From contig MU054391.1 in assembly GCA_013239625.1 (NCBI GenBank), positions 620,001 through 684,000 on the forward strand: DNA of 64,000 nt. The letters are read 5' to 3'. Shown piece after piece: positions 38,640 to 49,995 of the stretch; within the stretch, counting starts at the first letter, position 1; each line of letters starts with the position of its first letter. The translations under genes were made by a program, and so were the position numbers. The stretch comes from Lama guanicoe (lineage: Eukaryota). The notes under the pieces are model-generated. The model searched no databases. It was not told where the DNA came from and saw only the letters and a program-made list of their open reading frames with translations.

Positions 38640-38800
38640 GAAAGATCCTGGGTTGTGGGACAGGACATACTGGGAGGCAGGCTGGCCAACTCTGTGTGCC
38701 GCCCGGAGACTTCCTTGCCCCCTCTTGGCCTCAGGCTCCCCATCTGTCAGGCAAGGAGACCAGCTCCTCCCCCAGGCTGAATGGGGAAGTTGTGGAGATG
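38640..38800 (+). mobile_element. MIR SINE remnant
   Basis: CCCCTCTTGGCCTCAGGCTCCCCATCTGTCA core. Confidence 0.45.
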
Positions 38801-39049
38801 CCTGCACCGGAAACTTCCATAAACACCGGGGCGCGAGTGTCCTCCTTCCCGGGAAGCTGCCCGGGGTCTGGGGGGCCCGGAGTCGGGCGGCCAAGCGGCC
38901 ATTCCCAGACGATGACTCAGCCCCTCCAGAACCTGGCGGTGCCTAAGGCAGCCCTCAGCCTCCCCGGCAAATCCGTCCCGGAGCCTCCGCCGGCGTCCTC
39001 CCACCCAGCCCCACCCCGCTCACTCACTGCAGCCACGGGACCTGCTGTT

Positions 39050-39350
39050 TGTGGGTGGCTGCCCCCGAGCATCCCAGCCTGGGTGCCAAGACCCACACAA
39101 ACGTATTGACCGCAGTCCTGGAGGCCGGCAGTCCGAGGTCGAGGTTCCTCCTGCAGACTCAGAGGGGGAAGCCCCCCCCACCTCCATCCAGCTCCTGGTG
39201 TGGCCGGGAGGGCTGCGGCCACCTCAGCAGCCCTTGGCCGCGTCCTCGCGGCCCTTCCCCGTGTCTGTCCCCACCAGGTGTTTCCTCCTCCCCTGGGAAC
39301 GTGCTGGCTCGGGACGCCCTGCTGCCCTCCCCCCGACTCTGACCTCGTCC
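39050..39350 (-). mobile_element. Degenerate MLT1-like LTR fragment
   Basis: AAACGTATTGACCGCAGTCCTGGAGGCCGGCAGTCCGAGGTC resembles the MLT1 reverse-strand motif. Confidence 0.5.
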
Positions 39351-40399
39351 GCAGCAGCCTCTGCCCAGACGAGAAACATGCCAGGAAGGGCCTGGGCTCC
39401 GGGGGGTGGGGGCAGCGGGCAGGGGTGGTGAGGGGCCGGGACACCGTGGCCTGGAGCCACGCTGCAGGCCTGTCCTCCTCCTGGGCTGCTCCCAGGCTGA
39501 AGGAGGGGGAGGGCCCGGGAGGTGGTCTGGTTTGCAGCAAACCCTGAAGGGATGAAGTGGGGCTAGGGGGTCAGTGCAGGACAAGGTGTGGCTACATCCG
39601 GGGCCAGGCGGTGTCTGCGACCCGGAGCCTGGTTTGCGCCCGCAGTTCAGCCCCTACACTCAAAGTTCTAGAATTAGTGCCACGGTGGGGAACGTGTCTT
39701 CTCTGGAAGCAGTGCGTGCAGACACACAGGCACACCTGTGCTGCACTTTACCTGCCGCTGAGCAGGCCGGTGCGTGCGTGCCGGGTCCTCTTCACCCTGA
39801 GGGACGTCCGAGACCCCTTCCAGGGGAGAAAACACAGCCTTAAGCCCACGGTGTCATTTCGCTGTCATGAACTGGAAGACCACTTCTCACGTAGGTGGGC
39901 CGGAGATTGGTTTTTCCTGGGTCAGAGCTCTTGGTTTTGTTTGATAAATGCCCCAGTGTTCGGTCGTGACCCCGCACAGCGCCTGCCTTCTCCTGCAACC
40001 CGTTTACCTTGAATCTTCAGTCAGTGAGTTCCAGTGCTTCCTCTCAGACCATCTGAAGCCTTTATTTTTTAATTTAAATTTTGGAAAGGAGGCAGCTGAC
40101 TGAGCACACTCGCTTACAGCTGTTAGAGTGAGATCAGCACGGCCGCATGCGGGCTCAGCCCTGGGGCTGACCGCCCGTTCTCGGGAGCTGGAGCCCCGAC
40201 AGATCCTCCGTGGCCTCTGTGGGTGCTGGTTCCATGCGGCCCACGTCCTCTGCAGGCTTCTCCGGTCCACACGCAGCCCCACCAGCATCTGAGCACAGAG
40301 GAGCTGGCCCCCGGCAGCATGTCACCCCGCCCAGGGCTGAACAAAGGGCACAAGGTACCCACGCACTCAGTGGTGGGCCAGGGTCGGCTGGAGACCTGA

Positions 40400-40873
40400 T
40401 CTGCGGGGTCCTGGCTGCCTTCAGCTCCGAATAATTCAAATAATTTTAGGATATCATGGTCCCCCCCTCACCTGCCCAGAGGGGTCCTCCAACAGGAACC
40501 CCATTGTCATGGTCCCCTGCTCGAGGGTTTTACCAAGGATGACTTGTCACAGCACCGAAGGGGAGGTGGCTGAGCAGGGGAAACTGTCACAAACTGGCAG
40601 CCCTCCCACCCTGCCCTCTAAGGCCGTCTTCCCTAAAGAATGTCGCCTAGGGGGCCGGCGTCCTCTCCCCTCCCCAGTGACGGTGTACCTACCTAGACTG
40701 TCGAGTCCCACCGATTTGGGGGGTTCGTCTTCTGCCCGGTGACGTCCTGTGCACATCATATAAACCTTAATGACGTCTGTGTCTCTCCTCCTGTTAACTT
40801 GCCTGTGGTCAGTTTATTTCCCAGACTGGCCCTCGTAGCTGGGAGGGCGGGTACACGGCGTTCCTGCCCCCAG
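40400..40873 (+). mobile_element. Degenerate ERV1 LTR (MER34/MER39-like)
   Basis: 3' part CTCCTCCTGTTAACTTGCCTGTGGTCAGTTTATTTC resembles the U5 of this group; 5' boundary uncertain. Confidence 0.45.
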
Positions 40874-41655
40874 CTTTGATGGCACAGGCAGCCTGCCCCA
40901 CAGCGGAGGGAGGACTTCAGCTCCTGCGGCCAGGGGGCACAACCCACGACAGTTTGGAGTCCCATCCCCTCCCAGGGAACTGGACGGTGGGGCTTGGGTC
41001 CTGGGGGACCCAAAGCCCAGAGGGTGCTCTCAGGTCCTCGGGAAGCTGCTGGAGTCTCAGAGTCTGGAGACTTACTCTGGCCGTGAAGTTTACCCACGTT
41101 TGCAAAGGACAGAGAGAGGGTTTCTGAAGAAAAGGGAGTGGGAAGTCGCCTCTCCTCCCGGGAAGAATTAAGCCTCTGGCCCCCCCTCGCGCCCCTCCAC
41201 CCGTCACAGCAGGGACCCCATTGCGCTCTGCCCTGCGTCGCTGAGGCCCCCAGGGGCCGGCCCGGCCTGCACCTCCCTCACCTGCCCCGGGGGGAACGCA
41301 GGCCTTTGGCTGGAATGCACTGCACCCCTCCCTGCTGGGTCACCTGAGGAATGTTCCAGAAGGAATGCCAAGTATGGGAGCACTGCAGCAGCGTGTGTGG
41401 GGCCGCTCCCGAGGCCGGGCCCGGAAGTGGCCCCGGCCCGGTGGGCAGAGGTCTGAGCTGGGGCTGGGCCGGCATCCACCCAGCCCGGCGGCGGCACGCC
41501 GCGTGGCCTGAGCAGGGCTCACGGTGCCCCTCCTGCTGCAGGGGGCCGGGCCTAGAGCGGAGCTCCTCGGGCTCCCGGGCTCCCCTTCCTGTGCTGTGGG
41601 CCCGGATCTTCCCGGGCCCAGGGCAGGGCCTGCTCTTAGAGTGGCTTTCCCTCTG

Positions 41656-42163
41656 CTGCTCTGCGGCTGAACGCAGGTTCCTGTGCCAAGTGAACCAGAA
41701 CGCTGGGGCCTGGAGCAGAGGAAGGCTCACTGCAGGGCCGAGCGAGGGAGGGGGCGGCTGGCGCTCAGGAAGCCCAGGTCCTCGGTGGTTTGGGGGCACG
41801 TTTTACAGGCGGGACTCGAGGGGAGGGCTGCAGGGGTGCATGGTCTTCCGACTGGCGGTGGGGAGGTTCCAGGGCTCCTGTGCTCAGCCCGAAGCTGCAT
41901 CCTCCAGCTGGGTGGGGCCTCAGTTCCTGAGGAAGAGCTCAGAGACACTGCGGTGCAGGTCCCGGGGAGGAGCCAGGACTGCTCCGAGCCCGCACGCTTC
42001 TGTCCCTGCACCCCTCCCTTCCCTGATGACAGCTGTTGGAGTCTGCCCTTGGGAACTCGGGGAAGGTCAGGGAGGCTGAAGCCTTTTTCCTACAGACAAG
42101 AAACGGGAGACACAGAAAGGAGTTTGTACCCAGGAGGGCCTCGCTGGGTCCTGCTCCGTGTCA
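41656..42163 (-). mobile_element. ERV1-class solo LTR
   Basis: Reverse strand begins TGACACGGAGCAGGACCC...CTGGGTACAAAC...GTAGGAAAAAGGCTTCAGCCTCC...GACCTTCCCCGAGTTCCCAAGGGCAGA, resembling laurasiatherian ERV1 LTRs as recalled. Confidence 0.6.
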
Positions 42164-44037
42164 CTTCTGCGGTCTGTGCTGTGGGTCCCCTGGCAACAGA
42201 CTGATGAACAAGAGAAGAACAGGCGTCCGTGAGCAAGTACACCCCCTGCGCACCAGGGGGACGCCCGGGAGCTGAGGGTCTCAAAGTGGTGGCTTAGAAT
42301 CCGGGTTTAAATGCCGTCTTCAGCTAAATCAAAGAAAAGCAGGGGAAGGCCAGTACGGGAAGGGGGCCCCGTGTGGTGAACAGATGTGGTCGCCGCGCAG
42401 AGTTAAGCCAGGCCTTCCCGCTGACGGGGGCTCCGGTGATTTGCAGTCACCCTTCTCTCCTGCCCAGAGAGAAGCCCCCCTCCCAGGTGGAGGTTTCCCG
42501 CAAGCGGTGAAGTTCTCCTACGAAGGGGTTGCTTGTCTTCAAAGCATGTCTTCAGAGCTGCTCCAGCGTCTGCTGTTTCTCCAGATGTTCAGCTCAAATA
42601 ACCCTTGCGCCAGAGAGTCACATTTCAGTTGGCATATTCTGGATTCTGGTCTGCACGGCACCCAGCATGAGCACCCAGCAGTGGTTAATGAAACGCAGCT
42701 GGGGGCCTGGCCGCCGGTCCCGTGAGGGGATACGTCCTCTTGTTAGGGAGGAACAGAGGCCTGTGGACCAGCTCCCAGTGTTTTCCCTCAAAAGCAGAGC
42801 TGCTGGTCGCCGCTGGTCCCCTCCGCCCTCCGGCCCGAGCCCAGTAGCCCTCCCCACGGACCCTGCCCTTGGCTCTAAGATCCTCACAGCACCTTCTGAC
42901 CGAAAGACACCGGACTCGCTCACGTACAGGCAGCTGGGGCTTGGGGACACCTCACTTGACCCTGTGAGCATCGCTGTGTACCGGGGTCAGGGACGCTGAG
43001 GACGAAGCTGGGAGGACCCTGACCAGAGGGAGGACTGGCGACTGGAAGTAAGGCGGCCTCGGCAGGGCTAAGCCCGAACTCTTTCATTTATCAGAGAAGG
43101 AGACAGGTGGAAAGCCAGATCCAGGCTTCACAGCGCTCTCATCCAGGGACGTGAGATGGGATTCTCGCCTTATTCTGCAGGAATGAAAATTCTAAAAATG
43201 TGACCACGACCTTAGCTTTCGTACTTTGCATCAGATAAGCCTAAAGTAGTTCGGGCATTTTTCGAATCAACGCTTCATTGGATTCCAGGAAATCGTTTTG
43301 GCAACACGACACCCGAGAAGATGCCGCTCGCAGAGCAAGGGCTCCCTGAGCGCCTGAGCCACCGGCAGACTCCCAGCTCTTCTGACGCTGAGGTCGGGGT
43401 GAGGAAGCAGGAAGTCTGGTCGCTTCCAGTGCGATCACTGACCGGGCCACCCCGCGCTGAGCTGGCGGAGAGCGAGGAGGTAGAGGGGGCGAGTTCAGGG
43501 CAGGGTCTGGGGGTGGGTGCCGCGGGCGCAGCCCAAGGGAGCAGATGAAGCCGACAGAGTTTACCAGGCTCTCGTTTTCCAGAACCTCCTCTTGGTAACC
43601 TACCACCTTCTCGGTCCCTTGACCCTCTGCGGCCAGGAACATATCTGTGTTAATCTGAAAAAAAAATGTCAATTAGGAGGGAAAAAAAGAGGGAAGAAAA
43701 TTTAGAACTGAGGATGGGGTCAGAATCTGGAGGTGACTCCAATCTGTGGAAGCGAGGGAGATTCCAGCAGCCCCCCCCACCATGTGTGGCCTCGCACAGA
43801 TCAGGTGACTTCGGGACCAGCCGGGAGGCCGTGGCGAGGCCACGGCAGCAGACACAGGAGGAAGGTGCCCCCAGAGCTGGGACGTGTCTGCGCCGTCCTT
43901 CACAGACAGGTGTCCTCTCTCTGCATTTACTGCGGTGGGACTTGCCCTTTGTGTTGTTTTCGGTCTTCATTCAGTCTGTACAGTAACCAGCAATTTTGGG
44001 GGGTATTTTGGTAATTGAGCTCTAAGGACAAAGGACA

Positions 44038-44362
44038 GGGTCATTGGAGGAAGGTGGTCAAAAGTACAAACTCCTAGTTGGGTGAGGAAGGGCCGGAGAC
44101 GTGCGTCCACCACGGCAGCACCACGGCAGGACGGCCGGGGAAGGCACCAGGACAGCAGGCGCTGGGAGTTCTCGTCCCAGGAAAAATTGTTCCCCTTTCT
44201 TCTTTGCTTTCTCTCCTTCCTGCATCTCTGTGGGAGGTGAGATCCTAACTAAAGCTGCAGTGGTGACCGTTTCACTGCGTCTGTGAACCACGCCATCGGG
44301 CTGTGCACCTTGAACCTGCCCGGGGATAACTTACATCTCAGTAAAACTGCGGGGGGAAAAAA
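44038..44362 (+). mobile_element. L1MC-type 3' end
   Basis: GAAGGTGGTCAAAAGTACAAACTCCTAGTT...GCTGTGCACCTTGAAC...TACATCTCAGTAAAACTG followed by an A tail. Confidence 0.75.
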
Positions 44363-46712
44363 CCACACAAAGAAGGAAATGAACAAGGCCCTTAATCTGA
44401 TCACACGGAGAGAAACAATGTGATGGCTTTTGTGAATAAACTTCCAGATCAAAAAGACAAAGAATAAAGTTTGTTGTCCTTGATTTTAAATTGCTTATGG
44501 CCTGGGCTCTCCTGTCTCGCTCTGCTGTGTGACAGCGACCGCGGTCACGGCGGAGCGGGGGGAGGTCCACGGACGGAAGCCCTGGACAGACTGCAGGGAC
44601 GAGGCTCTTGGGCAGCCGAGCGATGCCCCGTCCTCACTAAGGGTGTCTCCTGCTCCTGGAGACTCTTCCCGAGGAGGAGGGAGCGGGGCCGGACATCCCA
44701 CCTCTGTGGGGCCGGGGCTTCGGGGCGGAGGCTGCGCGCTGGGCTGGGCTCCAGGTGGACGCCCCTGGGGAGTCCTGGTGCCCGGCTGTGCTCCAGGTCC
44801 TCTCTGCCTCAGTGCCCAGAGGACCAGGCGGTGCCCACCTTGGGAGTCCCGGAGCCTCTCCCCTGAACCCTCTGGAACCCTCACTTGGGCTGCTTACTTT
44901 TTAAAAACTTCATTTCTTTGTCCAGGTGATGGAAGTGCTGTCACAGCCTCCCCTTTGGCCCTCGTAGGATCTGCGCAGTGGGCTGGTTTTAGACGGGGCC
45001 CTGGGGGACCTCTGAGCGTCTCTCCACCGCCTTCCCCGGGCTCACCCTGAACCTGGAGGTGCTGGCTTCCAACCTGCCTTCCCAGCTGTGCGCCTCCCCC
45101 AGCCTTGACTTTCCGCCCTGGCTTGCTGCTCTGGGGGCGGCGGGGGTGGGCGGTGAGGACAGGATTGGACAGACCCCCCCAGACGTGGAATGTGCGTCTC
45201 AGCCCCCAACACAGGTCAGTCTGACCCAAACTGGCTGCTGCTCGGCTGCCTCCTCATGTTTTTATACTTCTGTCTTCTGTCCTGTTCACTTACTGTATCA
45301 CAGGGTCTCCCTAACGAGCCTTTATAACCGTTGTTTCTGATTCCGTAAATTCCATGGTCTTCCATAAAGTGCATTTCTCATCCGTTGCTCAAGCGTTCCT
45401 CTAGAATAAGACTTTTGGATTGTTTTCATGTATTTCAGTGTGTTTACAGCTGTTTTGGTATTTTTAGAAGGGAATTCTGGAATTAATGGGTCAAAAATCT
45501 GAATTTTATAAGATTTTCGACATTATTGCTAAACTACTTTCCAAAATGTTTATACCAATCCTCAGGCAAGGGGGAGCCGGCTTTTCACAATCCAGCTGAA
45601 GGAACCAAGCCGCTGACAGCCGCTCCCTGACACACCAGCATCCACTTTGACTTCATTTGGTCCCACAGACGAGGCTTTCGACGGGGGAGCCCGTGGTCTG
45701 GAGAGACGGGCGTGGCGGGAGCCTCGGGCGCGCCCTGCCCTCCCCCGTCAGCACTGACGCCCGTGACCAGGCAGTGAGGGGAGAGGCCAGCCCCGTGTGC
45801 TGGCAGAGGTGCTCTGATGGCCTTGCATCTCGGAGCAGAAGACGCCCCGGGACTACGTTTTGGCTTTAACAAAGATTGTTTAACAAAGAAAAACGTTTCT
45901 TCCTCCAATTTTATATTTTGAGAGTGTGTCTATTATAGGTGAGTCTTTCTGGAATCTGAGATACTGGGCAGGTGGCTAGTCCACTGTCGAGTAGTATGTG
46001 GAAGGTACTTAAGTGTTGTGGGTGGTCCCTGTGGATCATGGGGAAGTGACACGGTGAGGACCCTTCCAGGGAGCCGGTCGCAGGCCGAGTGACCACAGAG
46101 CCCCCGGGTGTGAAGTGCTGAGAAGGACACAGTGTCCTCCTCGAAACTGAGCCATCCGTAGGCGTCCATCCGACAAAGCTGACTACCTGGACATTTCTCT
46201 AAACTCCGTGGCCTGGACACATGGGGAGGCTGGGGAACCGCTCAGGAGCCTGGGGCCCAGAGCCGGACCCAAGAGGCGTGGTGCCTGGAAGCAGCCTGTG
46301 AGCCTCTGTGACACCTGCCCGACCCGGGAAAGCCCTGATGGACGCTGTTGGTTCACTGGGGACTTCGGGCGTGGAAGGTGTTGAGCAGTGACGTCCATTA
46401 AGGAGGAGGCTGTGGGAGTGGGGACGTCCCTGTCCGGGCGTCCGGGAGTGGCGTGACCTCCGGGGAGAGAGCAGGGGAGACACTCACTCACGAGCCAGGA
46501 TGGCTTCCCCACCAGCAGGGTGCCGCGGGCCTCCCCAGCTGATCACATCATTTAAAGACTCATCTGCTCTCACGTGCCTCGGGGCAGGGAACCGGACCTC
46601 CCCAAACCGCAAACTGGAGCGACTGGCGGAGAGACGCTCCTGGGGGCCCCGCCCGGCGCCTCCCGAGCCCAGTGAAGATGCTCACCCAGGCAGAGACCTC
46701 TCGTACTACAAA

Positions 46713-46915
46713 NNNNNNNNNNNNNNNNNNNNNNNNNNNNNNNNNNNNNNNNNNNNNNNNNNNNNNNNNNNNNNNNNNNNNNNNNNNNNNNNNNNNNNNN
46801 NNNNNNNNNNNNNNNNNNNNNNNNNNNNNNNNNNNNNNNNNNNNNNNNNNNNNNNNNNNNNNNNNNNNNNNNNNNNNNNNNNNNNNNNNNNNNNNNNNNN
46901 NNNNNNNNNNNNNNN
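46713..46915. other. Assembly gap (203 N)
   Basis: Run of N. Confidence 0.99.
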
Positions 46916-48573
46916 ATACAAAATTCTGTCTTCATAAATGATCACTTAAGTTAACTGAGAAATGAACGTGAACAAGAAGGTATCATAAATAAGCTGCGAT
47001 GACTCACGACAACTCCCTCTGAAAGGGCAGCATTCTAACGTGTGACACTTCTGTGACTCCCTAGGTAACAGTGACAGATAGCTTCTGACTTGACATTATG
47101 TCCCAACATTAGATGAGCAGCAGATTTGTGCTTAAAACCCCTTCCATTGTACACAGGTGATGACAAGAAAAATCCCAAACTGACACTACCTATTACTCTA
47201 CTGAAAGCATCACTATATTGGCAAAGAAGCTGCAGACACCACGGGGAGGGGATGCATATGCCGATATGAACAGCGGGGCCCCGGCGGTATATATGGCGTC
47301 GGAACGCGAAGCACCTTGCTTCAGCTCTCGAGGAGGCAATTCTGAGCATGGCAGCCGCAACTAACCGCACAACAGGAAGAGGGCCCCCGAGAAGGTGCCG
47401 CGGAATCACACCGTCTTCTCCCAGCTCGTTATCAAAGTCCTCCTGGAGAACTGTAAGCTCTGTACAGCGAGCTGTGTGAAGTGCTGCTGGGATGCACACG
47501 TGTTTGTACACATATATACACCGAGGTGGAGAACCGTGTCAGCGTTTGCTGTGAGGTCCCTGTGAGCGCCCTCCCCGACACCCGCGGGGCAGCGGGCGGC
47601 CTCCTCAGATTCTTCCAGGGCCAGGGTCGCAAGGCTACTGACGCGGGAATTGCACACCTCCGCACGGATATATAGGGCAAGGTAAGTGCAAATAGTCGAC
47701 TGGCACGTTGTGGGGACAATGACCCTGTAAGTCCTGTTCTGCTAAAAATATTTTTTTTTATTTTTACAAAACCCATCTTTTTCTCCATAACAAAATTTTA
47801 AAGTACTTCTGTACTTCCTGCATAACATCAAGACACGGAAGGAAGGGTGCTGTCACATGTACATCAGGTCAACGTCAGTCAGAAAGCGCGGCCGCGCGGC
47901 GCCCTCGGGACCGCTGGGGCGGAGATGCAGCGGCGGGAAGCGGCCTTACGCGTACACATGGTGCAGCCGGCGGGAGAAGACAAGCGGGTCTCCAGGGTGT
48001 AAACGCGTCCGCGATGATCTAGTGTGCAGCAGAAAGTGCTGAAGTACACTGAGTTACTCCTAAACTCTGATTGCATTCATTCTCAGAGGAGGTCGCGACA
48101 AACCACACAGAGCTCTGCACGTGTCCGTGGTCAAGCGGTCTCCGGCGGAAGGCAGGACACGGCGTCCTGCCTCTGGGGGGGACCCACGCTTACTCAAAAG
48201 CGACAGGGGGCGGGGGGACGCTACGGGGCTGCTTCCCACCCAGGCGGGCAGAGAGGCCGGCCCGGCAGCTGGAGGCCTCTCGGATCATCTGCTTGTCTCC
48301 CCACGCGCAAAATCATACCGACGACGACAGTTACCATAGCTGTTGAAGGTGGAAAGGGGAAACAAACAGTCTCCCGCGGTCTTTGAGCTTAAAGGAAACA
48401 CACAGGTTCTGTTAGAGAAAGCACATCGCGATAACAGACAGCTCGGGGGGCACGGGGCTCGGGGAGATAAGAGAAGCGTGTTCCAAAGTTTATTGAAAAT
48501 GGAAGAGGCGGTCCTCAGGTCACATCCACCTCTCCTGAGTCCCTGTCTTAACTGAAGTTCCCACAGTCACACC

Positions 48574-48867
48574 NNNNNNNNNNNNNNNNNNNNNNNNNNN
48601 NNNNNNNNNNNNNNNNNNNNNNNNNNNNNNNNNNNNNNNNNNNNNNNNNNNNNNNNNNNNNNNNNNNNNNNNNNNNNNNNNNNNNNNNNNNNNNNNNNNN
48701 NNNNNNNNNNNNNNNNNNNNNNNNNNNNNNNNNNNNNNNNNNNNNNNNNNNNNNNNNNNNNNNNNNNNNNNNNNNNNNNNNNNNNNNNNNNNNNNNNNNN
48801 NNNNNNNNNNNNNNNNNNNNNNNNNNNNNNNNNNNNNNNNNNNNNNNNNNNNNNNNNNNNNNNNNNN
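48574..48867. other. Assembly gap (294 N)
   Basis: Run of N. Confidence 0.99.
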
Positions 48868-49325
48868 CTTAAATTCCGTAAAATCCTCCAACATGAGGCA
48901 AAATGATAACACCTAAAAAGTGGCTGCAGGACCAAACGATCGTTCAAAGCTTTTTTTTCTTGTCCATTTCAGTTCAAAACACTAAAACATTTAATCACTA
49001 AAGCATTGAAAAGAATGTACACTCTATTTGCTTGGATCAGCTTACCCCTTCAGAAATATGTATGCCCCAAGTGTGCAGACATTAGCAGCTGTAAACATTA
49101 CATGGCACGTCCACTAAGCCAGCGTATATGAAACGCACAAAATGTGAATGGATTCAGAACTATTCTGCAGGTACTATCTTCAGAGCGAGACATGAAATCA
49201 TCATGAAGTCTGGTGAGCATAACACTGCTTCAAACAGAAGTGCGTGTGTGACACTTCCTGGCAGCACAGCAGCAGACAGCAAGAGGCGTCCTTCTTTAAG
49301 CAAGGCCCGCCGCTGCGGCGGCTGC

Positions 49326-49466
<141 letters not shown>

Positions 49467-49725
49467 CTACGAGATATTAAATAGTAGTTCATACACAACT
49501 TGTACTCTCCGAACAGGAGACTCACATCAGCACACAACAGCATCGCAGCGCAGCGCCTCTGTCCCTGTGACACCGGGAGGCCTGTCCAGAGCAACCTAAC
49601 CTTACGGGGCTCACTGGGTCCTCCCCACCGAGGTTCTAGCGGGTAGCGCTATGGTCTGGGGGAGGTGACCGCAAGCATCCAGAGCGTGAAGAACCAGGAG
49701 AACAGGAAAGGAGAGAGCTACCCTA

Positions 49726-49995
<270 letters not shown>

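Larger units (their letters stand above)
46700..49325 (-). other. MYT1L: MYT1L 3'UTR (3' end approximate; poly(A) signal probably inside the N gap)
   Basis: Continues from the stop codon with AT-rich blocks, miRNA seed matches and a Pumilio element. Composition returns to GC-rich intergenic sequence below ~46700. Confidence 0.65.

Noticed and set aside
44110-44135. REST/RE1-like CAGCACCACGGCAG
   Set aside because: It lacks the correctly spaced GGACAG half-site and lies within a decayed L1 3' end.
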